DNA of 64,000 nucleotides from a virus: the IMG/VR virus record IMGVR_UViG_3300044615_001997. One strand, 5' to 3'. Shown here piece by piece: positions 39,101-46,700 of this stretch (its first letter is position 1; each line of letters begins with the position of its first letter). The notes beneath the pieces were generated by a model. The model saw only the letters and a list, made by a program, of their open reading frames with translations. It was not told where the DNA came from and searched no databases. Position numbers and translations under genes: made by a program.

Positions 39101-41688
39101 TGAAACCATCTATGGTAAGGTACTTTAATATCATCAAATCTAAAATTACTGCTACCATCAACTATTCTTAAACTTGCGTTGTTATCTACCCAAATATCCC
39201 AAGGAGCGTTATAAGCACTACTTCCTGGCGTGCCATAATGTTGTAATACGGCACCTGAAGAGGCTACATTAAGTCCACTCCAATTTTGTCCAGGCCGTAT
39301 TCTAAACCAACCTTCAATACATATACGGTTTGCCGACATGGTGGGAACATCGCCAAGAGGAAATTGCACCCAAGCACTTTTATACGCGTTATCAGGCTTC
39401 CCTATGTTTACGTCTCTCCATCTTTCTATTGAATTGCTGACTCCTGGTGCTGGGTTTGACTGTGGGCTTTGGCTACTCCACCCACTTGGGGGGACGGTAG
39501 TTGAAGTAGAGGTCACAGTGTAGGTTATACCTGCAGAAAAAGTACTTAAAACTGAAATATACCAAACTCCTAGATTGTAACCTATAGTCGCCTCGGAGTC
39601 GTTTTTACGATAGAGTGGTCTACTTTGTTGATAACCTACTAAGGTATACCAGCCATTTAAAGAAGCTACGCCTGCCCCTGACACGAGAACTTGGTTACTT
39701 CCTCCGTTAGTAGAGTCAATGTCGTCTTCTGTAGTTGAGCTACCAAAGCCCTCCGTAAAAACAATCGCTTCATGGTTTCTAACTGAAGGAACCTCTCCTG
39801 AAATGTTTGGTAAATAATCCTCTGGATAGAAAGCTATGCCTTCTTGCTCCAGGTAGTCGAGTGCTGTACCCGTGAGAATTCTGAAGCCTTTTAAATGTCC
39901 TTGAAATCCATTTGCGTGGGACTGATCATAATTTAAATAATTTTTTCTTCTAGCATAAACTTCTCTAACGTCTGCACCTAAAATAAACTTTTTTTGATTA
40001 TAAATCTCGTCTGTATATTCAACAGAAGTTGCTTTGTTGCCGTCTATAAATAGAAATAATTCACCATTTCTACGTTTTACAACTATATGATGCCATTCAT
40101 TTAGTTGAAACCCGTGATAGTAAAATATTGGAGTACTGTTATTTATAACGCAGTAAATTTTTTGCCTGTCTATCGATATTTTAAAAGCCTGAAAATTATC
40201 GTCACCTGAAGTATAGATTGGATATTCGGCACCGTAGTTATTTAATGGAAAATCTGTTAAATTAATAAAAACTTCAACTAAAAAGTCCTTTTGTTCAAAT
40301 AGTAATTCTCCTAAAGAATTTTCATATATTTCTATAAAAAATGGATAAAAATTGTTAGAGTTGGCGTTATGAAAAAAAATACTTTCAGTATTACTTACGG
40401 GAGGGGTTGTATTTCTATTTTTATAGCTATCCGGAAGCTTAATTAACTTCGTATCATTAAAAAGCAAGCGTTCCGCTCCATCTGCAGCATCATAAACTTT
40501 GTTTTCGTCTACTTGGTTAAAATGTAGACAAGACGCGTATTCAAAATCTTTTATTATTAGATTATATGTTTTGGTGGTAGTTCCACCGCCGCCGGTAGCA
40601 GATATTGTTATTGGTGGAGGTGGAATTGCTGGGGCTACCGGTGTAACTGGTGCTGTTGTTGTTCCGGATAGAACTCCGGTAGAGCTATTTAATGTAATGC
40701 CTGTGGGAAGTGTTCCACCAGTAACCGCCCAAGAAACAGGTAAGCTGTAAGTTGAAGCTAACCTAACTGGATAGTTTAAAAACATTCCTCTAGTGATGGT
40801 TATACTCGAAGCAGTATCTTCTATTACCGGTAGAGCTGTAGCTACAGTTATAGAAACACTTCCACTATTTCCACTTCCTGAGGCGGCACATGTGAATGTT
40901 CCTGCGGCGGCAGGACTACCAGCGATGAAATACTTAAACCCGAGTTTTAGAACAGTTAGTCCTGTTGGAAGACCTGAAAGCCCTAAACTTGCAGGTGCTC
41001 TACCACTATACGGTATTTCGTAAAGCACTCCATGTCCAAAAGTAGTACTTAAACTTCCACTTACTGTGGTTGTTGTTGCGGTACCTGAAAATGTTACATT
41101 TAATGAATTTGATGTGTGCGCAGAAGTTAAACCGTTAGATGTTACCGTAGATATAGTAGCTGAATTGTTTACGGCGGTAGGCCATATCGTCCATTGAGTT
41201 CTAGTTGTTCTTACCGCATTATTAGCTGTCGCATTGAAATCTAAAACACCATCTCTACCGTTCATGCTAAAAAGATCGGAGGCAGATAATGAAAAACTGC
41301 CTGATGTTTGACAGGCTTTAGCGGCCGGACTGGCTATTATCGAGGGAGCGCCTGTTTTAGGAACAAATTCAATATTTAAAGTGAAATCTCTAAAAATATT
41401 TCCAGGTCTGGTAACTCTAAGCACACAAGAAGCTGTTCCAGAGCTTACAGTGCTATTATTGGTTGTACCGTAATATACCCCGCATTGTACAGTGGAGATC
41501 GGTGTGCCGTCTGAAGCATTTTGTGTACCGCTAACAGAAATATTTTGTAAGCGTAGCTCTGGATCACTAGTACTAACTACGGAAAAAGTAGCATCTTGTA
41601 CATTTATACCCCTAAATGTATTAAAATGTCCCCCTGTAAAGTATTTAAACCCATACAGTGTATTCGTGGTTATTGCAGGAACAGACAT
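27136..41688 (-). CDS. Giant (4850 aa) virion fibre/adhesin with LamG/ConA-like domains and a tandem putative Ig (He_PIG) array
   Basis: Many LPxGL..n..TG.ISGTP repeats; several LamG motifs (DFTLEFW...WNHFALV...Y.NG...IG...F.G..DDFR); no signal peptide. Confidence 0.85.
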   Translation of the reverse strand: MSVPAITTNTLYGFKYFTGGHFNTFRGINVQDATFSVVSTSDPELRLQNISVSGTQNASDGTPISTVQCGVYYGTTNNSTVSSGTASCVLRVTRPGNIFRDFTLNIEFVPKTGAPSIIASPAAKACQTSGSFSLSASDLFSMNGRDGVLDFNATANNAVRTTRTQWTIWPTAVNNSATISTVTSNGLTSAHTSNSLNVTFSGTATTTTVSGSLSTTFGHGVLYEIPYSGRAPASLGLSGLPTGLTVLKLGFKYFIAGSPAAAGTFTCAASGSGNSGSVSITVATALPVIEDTASSITITRGMFLNYPVRLASTYSLPVSWAVTGGTLPTGITLNSSTGVLSGTTTAPVTPVAPAIPPPPITISATGGGGTTTKTYNLIIKDFEYASCLHFNQVDENKVYDAADGAERLLFNDTKLIKLPDSYKNRNTTPPVSNTESIFFHNANSNNFYPFFIEIYENSLGELLFEQKDFLVEVFINLTDFPLNNYGAEYPIYTSGDDNFQAFKISIDRQKIYCVINNSTPIFYYHGFQLNEWHHIVVKRRNGELFLFIDGNKATSVEYTDEIYNQKKFILGADVREVYARRKNYLNYDQSHANGFQGHLKGFRILTGTALDYLEQEGIAFYPEDYLPNISGEVPSVRNHEAIVFTEGFGSSTTEDDIDSTNGGSNQVLVSGAGVASLNGWYTLVGYQQSRPLYRKNDSEATIGYNLGVWYISVLSTFSAGITYTVTSTSTTVPPSGWSSQSPQSNPAPGVSNSIERWRDVNIGKPDNAYKSAWVQFPLGDVPTMSANRICIEGWFRIRPGQNWSGLNVASSGAVLQHYGTPGSSAYNAPWDIWVDNNASLRIVDGSSNFRFDDIKVPYHRWFHIALTIPFGIGTTNQVAYLHIDGNFKQQINNWTMGGWTPGDNTKVLRLCGDASDSREYVDVYDYRLSFGITANRYSAFNNFSSHLNRLPTTPAADTYFLVTAESNGLVYPNFRYIWKKNIGGTTSQGNLIATDYQNIIQVGTNSWETNEGIRPGSSPIFNNTSSTTTTTAADVSAVCFKFITPRMVGGWGPNPAILDSSRHNRYNRKLFTNFPVLFSNEVTKFGKGALLCLNDNGVVTWPYNAASNQNLNSDFTLEFWYNCFSPSLLQDFNWSPPVTAWEQAMIDLGGSIKITSRPFFAGATTTSSDLYDDPLNKIQGYLVGVYIGNNNDYTTGVNGQAIGSAEYNSWNHFALVKAGEYYTAYHNGIPTATWRLTQILTPSSNFNVGGNLIDSKFLGLVDDFRLTKNPQVYNMTGTNGSFSLPTTQQPPYLVPEIQNYNIYVNAFQHFAVFPKIIKNYDQPGINFYFSDDIVDEEDDYSYYFENLGINSETGEIYGQLNTIAESRPYRARYHIDLPSGQTTSGILSFFSRSSFNLSQGPALPFTEEILTDKAVLYIPSTGRFLINARGKLYLYDPSTNRLEQKVYSAFGRNASGVLGINSSVLSIDDPQDYEWAASGSHVYIRVKRSDQIDFSTPNLLQSNLYSLAISGDFNSDLSNSSIKTITTFNGYSLGNINPNNPTTVYYTASGAVETVYSLSTNATNIISTVTTIEPHSRPFNIFTSCSSFKRSSHAFSGFNFTFGENTSDFRWFFGGFSSTNPRYIYELLAEQKEVNYLNNNYEYWHHLTPLFQTANPSYYTHLNSFGGTYFILFENKSFLNDSKNFSIFGPNIGDTDVEIKCTLPRKNPADSSSPYYRPLSLTVTKKEDTTLAPPAEKYILTILANEPLSENISILSTEFTTSVANIMKSINGPWVYSGEINMASNGTSTIAYIEKGLSGFAYVSDNNGGKWRAVSIAGGSASYYSMTYGNNLFMFVRWMGNDVPIIYTTSNFSNFQNKNFVSTGNDLPTGAFINNIAFGQGKWILTTSVPGFNYISTNNGDSWTRIANLNSQPHEFKNIKFVNNIWFLLKGPGSYPVGSYVCHASTDGSTWTEIHSYPSGTTSPQAQQPYYDVVYHNGHYIFYNQGGTPKRTTNIWSTADWHMLAFQASDNTVISPTQMISFGQELLAFQIAPWPQNFATATLNYFVSLNNGASWTKMQSQRAVNTPIGGAILGLNSDTVITIQIVRGTANIYQRRTYINPSSVLPITHVRDLPLSGVDSSFNAAYPNTPTKGFCGLSPVPINDYEVFIFTNERGPQILKYIPGGKNTISSISANYFKNKNFNGDKFLIYDSTAFPKNIVFSSTQDSPVHTTGKFKKGLLLQQHKLTINGTASNTSIDIPNREYYISDIFYNQPFSFEAWFYIDSSVSPWGGQLFHVDQGDGTINHYTIELKLNYPGTLTLRVMIDQGWVVGDWNASVTIFDEPYFTSNVDKKWTHVAFARTSTGHFNVYINGVKPYTGDLTHSSLSGIYSAPLDISVCDDLKAKVSDIQITKGESIWTKPGTQQSSGYTADMLTPAFAGPLKGSFLLHNRNEVFSTAPITRYFYPTGDPFDENWRFVVDPLDGDSPQQYQQSDVLAQAITTISTYTSDFKKTRFNFKLVDAPPGYTGITTYFNPFILIDGSSGTGGSLPQNTIYFPFNEAVGVSTFTFGGMSLTQTTSTPFYSDPQPNLAIGTVGGWNGVHFNNGFVKHLVLSNQKNILSFGTDNFTVSFWAYATQYATYARFLSAQLTQGWGVELGGYPGTIKFGSYLLGELQVQDTLPLNQWVHIAFTRTNGIFRAFVNGQQRNILVSGSGIVANVNDNSNYLDLSGATNKNLTIGAFDGFPFSGYVRDLFISKGTSLYQTNFTPPPSAIADGLWVGNQSVPASPTAVTSIVRTYPKANLFNFPVILANTTHLHIIGHDSSGRYYDDFRFIRTGDITGKIVGHADNAFVGTVPQLRIGYKNYNYITQTSNPDIRGAQKGTPTTSNSGTLELNLNFTLNIDAPQLGSFEYSLGEFIEIYADMEGEVCDWGLELYAYDLPNGMDWEGITGECGNPTSLRIYGTPTAPGNFEITLVAVDLDGQEISRAFELFVDPGFSIGEISPVTANQNQQFSIAVPLVLTNLNLTLTASLSGFPAGTFTYNASTRQISGSSTVFGNFNPTITFTAPGGIALSETFSLTIVEFFQVITPQNTTLAKGAPMTPIVFRYIGEATQVDTITADTLPPGLDLVNEGDRQYIEGTPTEVNPWNGTTVTITVTTFSGLVRTVSFTITVTVKITLDVTNSALTYLLGTTLSSLVLETSGPTPCTKVSIPNLADLPDGLTYNETTRTISGTFLEMTENDYYGARVTVRLWNGDDYISDGFYFKILLGLTVEEIDNKTYNLGTDITPIPILISGNFNWTDISVTGLEDSGLYWDDPSGDQPVILGVAESSGIHQVVIRVYVYSSYVEQTFRITIVDAIDFTMPVNPVFPKFITITPLVISISGNITSLLFANLPPGLVFNSTNTSIQGTPTQVGTYNVTATAYNTSGIVLTKSEEFTVVEGTQDFYVVPNQSFVAQGRWMPGLMAAVNDPSILTGWVPPANSGNFRLPTGITQDPVTGIIRGLATEQGQGQFYLTAQVGEDFEYSALANWIVIFRKIQLSDITINVVRGRSASVQLTYTQDVPTRWVLNSPLPAGLSMTTAVTMDMNTGTISGGLITGITNVPNGVYTVIITAEHEIVPAFSTTKTYTINVGLNFIEIPSFLDLTAEVNLPFSVDIPLEGEIPATWEISSGNAGPFSITPLGEIVGTPLVTGSFSFNVLARLQNIVSNECEITIDVFSDDDGGGGGTAAPNLSNAIIRANLNTPFTFNLINAGGAIDDYEFSVNLPQGVSVVQSANGFTISGTITTSGVYNFDLIASNGTGTDTSSITIIVSDGRPIIPDNQSFSFVKSTTLPGTDKLNVLGETPTSISFSTLPSGIVFNPAAYTFTGTAPATTGETSHNVSASNLSGSTGNVPVKFIIKDEPITITPNQIFDLTEGTGSFGRNIATTGGTPTGGTLEFAPAGVQLFFNPARLSGTTPPAGNYNIRVTLTNFGNTSSAFVALVVSAEIPVITPNQTFTGTASNDAEFTVAFTGGTPITWGLPIPTQLPPGLTFSLSIGRFTGKPTTAGTFIVGIFAESSKGRSPTVNVTITITQGVIKPEIPSGQKFNLVTGQQVSNLFVQTTGGTATSWTATGLPQGLAIATTTGQISGTLNAAATTTSSNITASNSAGSSTGAVEFIITQPVTIPQITAGQTFTFTLNTTITTNATILFTGSGVTLTSQDLPSGVSMDGNTGRLQGRPLTAGVFNAIITARNSAGTDTETVSITVTSPTTQLPVLEQNLSPIQLIRNVNMTPYNFVNSGGIATAWAASNLPQGLSVNFNSGTISGRPSAVENKTVTVTASNSAGSATTTLAINVVSSVIPPVINNQTINAFRGAHFSFQLEATGTITNWLVDNIPNNSLPSGTSLSAIVGTISGIPSATGTFTTIIRVENESGSDTAEITIIVASSTLIPVITPNQTFIGRKGVNFNYTIGFLNSGGTPINWRLATAQTLLHPGITLDGRNGYLSGIPTTAGNTSAQLIASNSAGDSAPATINFQITESVNAPNIAQGQIFRATLNSPFSRNITFSGNVTEWRIVSGELPAGLILNGSTGALSGTPTVYSGSRTIRIFAGNQDGSDEENITVAVDEPAIVVSPGQSFNGYALDPFTATVRTQGNPISWQLTNLPTSLQLTISNTGVISGTPGIAGEYTGVVTATGVSGISGSASIKINILSKVPVITPNQVINLSTANFITYSIAFSSAGGTPPTQWAALTPLPQGLTLNTLRGTISGTPTQATSAGGVDCEIKVENSYGASSEKIKIIVAAITSLLKINPEQTVIVAAGTPFEFTPTYVGVPTGWYILNIPAGLSIDATTGKISGTISAPGTYRVCVYCENNRFDASAFINIKVN

Positions 41689-41714
41689 CGAAAAAAATAA
41701 TTAAATTAAAATAA

Positions 41715-42245
41715 TTAAAAAAACAGCCATACCCAACCCGAAGAAATCAGGGCAGTAATTACCGGAAGTGCAAAAGCATACATAGCGTATATCGGTGGAA
41801 CAAATCGCATAAGCCAAACACCAAATATAAGACCAAATATGCCTCCAACAATAGAAGCTACATATTTTAATTTATGATATTTTGATAATATTTTTTTATG
41901 TTTATCCATCCATTCAAATGACTCGTTTTGTTTAGCTACACCCCAATCTCTTAAGATATCAGCGTTGCGTTGCACAGTAACAGTATTTTTCTGCGCCTCA
42001 CCCAGCGATTTAGTGGCATTTTCCAGACTAATCTTTAATTTAGTATTTTCTGTTTTAGCTGACCCTAATTCTAAATTTAATTCACGTATAATTTTACGAG
42101 CCTCTTGAAGATTATTCATGGGAGACTGGGTGACTTCGGCTTTAACCACAGGTACAGGCGTTGCTTTGGGTTTTGGTTTCCAGAATTGACCGTAGCCTGC
42201 ACCAGTTAAAATTAAAAATGCTGTAAAAGTAATTAAAGTTTTCAT
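41715..42245 (-). CDS. Exported coiled-coil protein with C-terminal TM hairpin (spanin-like?)
   Basis: Signal-like MKTLITFTAFLILTGAGYG, coiled coil, two C-terminal TM helices; start set at 42245. Confidence 0.55.
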   Translation of the reverse strand: MKTLITFTAFLILTGAGYGQFWKPKPKATPVPVVKAEVTQSPMNNLQEARKIIRELNLELGSAKTENTKLKISLENATKSLGEAQKNTVTVQRNADILRDWGVAKQNESFEWMDKHKKILSKYHKLKYVASIVGGIFGLIFGVWLMRFVPPIYAMYAFALPVITALISSGWVWLFF

Positions 42246-42249
42246 AAAT

Positions 42250-42507
42250 TTATTGTTTTGGTTGAGAAGATTCGATTTGCTCCAAGATCTTCTCAAGGCG
42301 TTCAGCTAGAGTCAGAGCCGTATCAATTTTTTTAGCTACTGCGGTATTTGCCTCACCTGCGTTATTCAATTCTACCTTTGTCTCTTCTAAAGCCCTCACA
42401 ACATTGGCAGTAGTTACAGATGGAGGGGCATCTTTTTTACCCCCTTTTACAAATGCGCAACCGGTAGTTAACAGAGTAAAAATTAAAATAATGGGTATAT
42501 TTTTCAT
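42250..42507 (-). CDS. Small coiled-coil lipoprotein (o-spanin-like?)
   Basis: MKNIPIILIFTLLTTGC lipobox. Confidence 0.6.
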   Translation of the reverse strand: MKNIPIILIFTLLTTGCAFVKGGKKDAPPSVTTANVVRALEETKVELNNAGEANTAVAKKIDTALTLAERLEKILEQIESSQPKQ

Positions 42508-42542
42508 AGCCCTAAGTTATCATAATGGGCAAGAAAACTCAA
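42508..42542 (-). promoter_or_regulatory. Sigma70-type promoter, predicted leaderless
   Basis: TTGAGT-17 nt-TAACTT-6 nt-ATG. Confidence 0.5.
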
Positions 42543-42609
42543 ATAATAGTTACTTAATTAAAAAACTTAAAAATAGCCAACCATATTATAAAAATTATAA
42601 AATAGTATT

Positions 42610-42804
42610 TCATGCTCCAGAAATAAGTCTGTCTAATCCCACTTCAGCCAAGTCGTAAATAGCATTCATTTTCTCAGTCGAAAATAAATAATTTATAAAC
42701 TGTTCAGGAGTTAACCAGCCTATTTCTGTAGCTATTTCTACACCAATATCAATATCTCTTAGTGTATATTCTTTGTTATCTATTTTGATAACATAATACG
42801 TCAT
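42610..42804 (-). CDS. Hypothetical protein (64 aa)
   Basis: Coupled ORF after the fibre chaperones. Confidence 0.6.
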   Translation of the reverse strand: MTYYVIKIDNKEYTLRDIDIGVEIATEIGWLTPEQFINYLFSTEKMNAIYDLAEVGLDRLISGA

Positions 42805-43262
42805 TACACAGAATTTAAGGTAGTTAAAGCTTCCCTAGCAACATCTTGAAAAGCGAAGGGAGGCCGCCCCCAATCACTTTTAAAATCCGGTAAAAAAACA
42901 TCTTCTGATAAAACAAGATTTATCCAATTTATAATTACATCCAGATTTTCAGAGTTTTTGTTGGCTGCTTTTAATTGATTTTGCAAATTAAATAAAAATA
43001 TTAGCTTGGTAGAGCTAAAACCATTAAGTTCAAGCCATTCTTCTCCAGAATATTTGACAAGAGGCGGAATTTCATTCAATGCATCTATAGTTATATTTGA
43101 ATTTTGTCTTGTATACCGCACCACTTTATCTCCAGGAAGCATATCTATTCCTCCCACATAGAGAGACAGTTCTCCATCACGATAAAGTAATTGTGTTGGA
43201 GGAACATCTTCTTCGTGAATAAAATATTCGGATAATTTTTTTAATAGTATTTGATCGTGCAT
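42804..43262 (-). CDS. Putative tail fibre assembly chaperone (paralog 1)
   Basis: Aligns end to end with 43264-43725 (GD.V..Y...N..I.I, EEWL...G, W+..+L, WG.PP..F..V..EA.T.L). Confidence 0.5.
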   Translation of the reverse strand: MHDQILLKKLSEYFIHEEDVPPTQLLYRDGELSLYVGGIDMLPGDKVVRYTRQNSNITIDALNEIPPLVKYSGEEWLELNGFSSTKLIFLFNLQNQLKAANKNSENLDVIINWINLVLSEDVFLPDFKSDWGRPPFAFQDVAREALTTLNSV

Positions 43263-43263
43263 A

Positions 43264-43725
43264 TTATGAAGATAATTCTGTGAAGGCCTCTAAAACAGTT
43301 TGTTCAAATGTGTGAGGAGAGCCAGGCCAATTATTGTGAGGCGTTGGATCCATGACGTAGCTAGTCAATATACCATCTAACCAAGCTCTAACTGCTGTGA
43401 CTTTTTGAGAAGTTTTATTGGTAAACCTTAATTTATTTTCTAAATCCATTAAAGTAACTATTCTTGTAGGAGTATAGCCCTGGCTATTTATCCATTCTTC
43501 TGCGGTGACAAACTCTTTTTGATAACTTGCGTTATCTATTGGAATAATCTCAATGGCTCCGTTGTTTTTAGAATAGTCGAAAACCTCATCACCAGCTCTA
43601 ACTAAATAAGGAGTTGGTAGCACAGTTACTTCCTCTCCCCTAACTAAAATTCTAGTTACTGGAGTATTCCCATCTTCGTTAAAAAGATCATTAGGTATAT
43701 TTTGAATAATTTCTTGTGTAGTCAT
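43264..43725 (-). CDS. Putative tail fibre assembly chaperone (paralog 2)
   Basis: Directly downstream of the fibre gene; paralog of 42804-43262. Confidence 0.5.
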   Translation of the reverse strand: MTTQEIIQNIPNDLFNEDGNTPVTRILVRGEEVTVLPTPYLVRAGDEVFDYSKNNGAIEIIPIDNASYQKEFVTAEEWINSQGYTPTRIVTLMDLENKLRFTNKTSQKVTAVRAWLDGILTSYVMDPTPHNNWPGSPHTFEQTVLEAFTELSS

Positions 43726-43728
43726 AAA

Positions 43729-46700
43729 TTATGTAACTTTATAGAAGGTTAGTATTACGTCTTGTATAGTGGCTCCGTTACTGTTGTTGTTATTTCCATA
43801 AGCTGCAAAATAAGCAGCATAATTAAACCAGGTGTTTGTTGATGCTATAGGCTCAGAAGTCGACCATACGATTCTATCTCCTGTAGCTGCTCCGCCACCA
43901 AAGTCCTGTAATCCAGGTACTGTGGTTTGGGTACTACCGTCCCAACTTCTAATCATGCAATGTACGCCGTCATTAAACCAGCTAGTGGTTCTAACTGCAG
44001 CAAATATTCTATAATTCGATCCAGGTCCAAAGAAAATTTCTGGATTGAATGTTCTTGGTGTTCCTACGCCAAAAGTACCGCCCTCCAAAGTATTTCCAAA
44101 AGGAGTCATTGTGAAAAACCCGTTAGAAGATGGGGGGCTAAAAGCTGTAGCTCCTGGATTGTAATTACTTGAAGCGAATAGCAAGTTTCTAAATCTGTTT
44201 AACACCAGAGGACCAAATGCTCCTGCAGGTACTTGCCAAGTTTTGTCTCCTCTCAAGAATTGTGCTGCGGATGTTCCTTGACCTAGAGAGTTTTCTTTTC
44301 CACTTAAACCTGTTTGTACGAATGCCGTGGTGGCAAGCTGTGTTGTATTTGTTCCTGCTGTTGCGGTTGGAGCTGCAGGAGTTCCTGTGAATGTGGGACT
44401 TGCCAATGGTGCGAAACCAGAGATCGACGCTCCTGCGGGAATTGTCACAGTGCCCGTAAATGTGGGAGAAGCTATGGGAGCTGCTCCGAGGTTGGTGCGG
44501 GTGGTGGCCGCTTGATCAAAATAAATAGGAACGCTTGCTTGAATATAGTTGGTAAATACATTCATTGCCTCACCAAATTGAGCAAGGCTTCCAGAGCTTG
44601 GTGGAGGACTTCCCACATAATCTCCAGTAACAAATAAATTTTTAAACGTAACATCATTCGTGGCACCAAGTCCGAGGTTGGTGCGTGTTTCCGCAGCTCC
44701 AGATATAAATGTAATCCCCACTGTACCCAAATCAAGACGCATTCCTCCTGCAGCACGAACATTAAATGTATTTACCGCATTTGAAATAAAATCTGCTGTT
44801 TGACTATCTGCCCAAACAAAAGCTCCTTGATGGTTAGCCTTAGCATTACGCCCTGCAGCAAAACTATAATTACCGCTAGCTTCCAACCCTGCTCCCAAAG
44901 TAACAGAATATTCCCCGCTGGCAACGTTGCCAAAACTTGCACCTTGAAAACTGGCAAAGCCTGTCCCCCTTAAACCTAAATTAGTTAATGTTCTTTGCCA
45001 TGCATTGGGTGCAATTAAATCAGTTTCAAACGCCAATCCTAGTGAACCAGCTTTAAAAGTCAAAGCTTGCCCAGAATTAATATCTGTGACACTGCCTGTG
45101 CCACCACCTGTGCCAACAGAATGCCAAGCACCGTCTCGAAGTTTTAAACGTAACATTGTGTCGCTAGTGTAAGTACCCGAAGACGCCCCAGCTGGAACAT
45201 TTGTAAACGTGCTAGTATAACTTGATCCTGCCCATTGATATTGTCTCAAAATAACACTTCTTCCTAGAACTATACTTTCCAAGCTAATAAGTAATTCGTC
45301 CCCCGCCACAGCTCCATCGACTCCCTGCCTGGGAAGAGTTACTGTGCATGTGGTGTCTCCAGGGCCTCCTCCCACAATTCTTGCCCAAGTATTAGGTCCA
45401 CTAGGAATCGTTACAGATATATCCCCATAAAAGGATTGAAGCCATACTTTGTTGTTAGATAAAATAAGCTGATTTCCTTGCCCGTTTTGATTAAAAATTT
45501 CTGCTATTCTTAAATTTCTAGTATCGTCAGACACTACAATATCGTCGCCATTTAATCTCAGCTTAATAGCATCTGTGGACCCTATCTCGGTACTGTTAGG
45601 TGTTTTATTAGTGAGCTTTTGTCCTAAAGTAATCGTGTTGTCTGCTTGGTTAGTACAATTAAATCCATAAATAAATGAATTTTTTCTATACCATTCAACG
45701 GAACTTATTCCACCAAAAATACCCTGTGTTATAACACCCTGAGCAACGCCTGCTGCGTCTGGATAAACATTTCTATGTAGGTACCAACCAACGTCAGCAA
45801 ATGTTTGTTGATGTCCTGGGTCTGTGTTGCCGATATGCACAGACCATCCGGTAGCATCTAAATCTTGAGCATCTTGAAACACCGCCCAGTATGTTCCATA
45901 AGTAGGTTTCCATGGGAATTTTACAGTAGGTGCGTTAATTCCAGTTTGTCCGTTGAAGGCATCTAATTCTGTGGTATAGAACCAGGCATGATATTGTGGA
46001 TAAAAATTACTTACACGAACATAATAATCTACATTTTCTACCAATGGTTCTGGAAGTTTGGCATTGCTTATAAATTTTACTCGATGAACTATTTTACCGG
46101 CATATAAAATAGAATTAGTTCTATCCAACGAACCCCCAGTCCAGGCTATTGTGTATGTTCCTACACCGCCAGCAGTTCCACTGACTTGACTCACAATTCT
46201 AGCCCCTGTAGCTAGGGAATTATTGAAAGTTTCGTCTCCATTAGATGAAAATAAATTCATCTTTGGCTCTATATTGTACCCAGTAGAGAGCATTTCTGTA
46301 ACCGTCATAGTAGTTCCAGATATATTGGCTCTAAACTTTAATCTTTTGTTATTGTCGGAAGGAAACGCATTGATTAAGAGACAGAAATCTTCTGAATTTC
46401 CTAGAGTTCCATTTAAATTGTGGTCCCCTGGTGCCTTAAATTCATAGACACCCACCATAGCTGTCTCTAACCTTCTCGCTGTCCCGATTAATATTTCAAT
46501 AGTATTAGCATCAATTACTTTTAAAACTGTGCAATTCAATCGAGCCGGATTACTAACCACAAAAGATTTATTGAGTAAATTTAAAATAATGTTTTGTCCT
46601 AGAGTTAAACCGTGGGGTTGACTCCAACTGGCTACAAGTTTATCACGTCTACCTGGAACAAGAGTTAAACTAGTTTGATTTGTTGGCTGAATTGGAGGTG

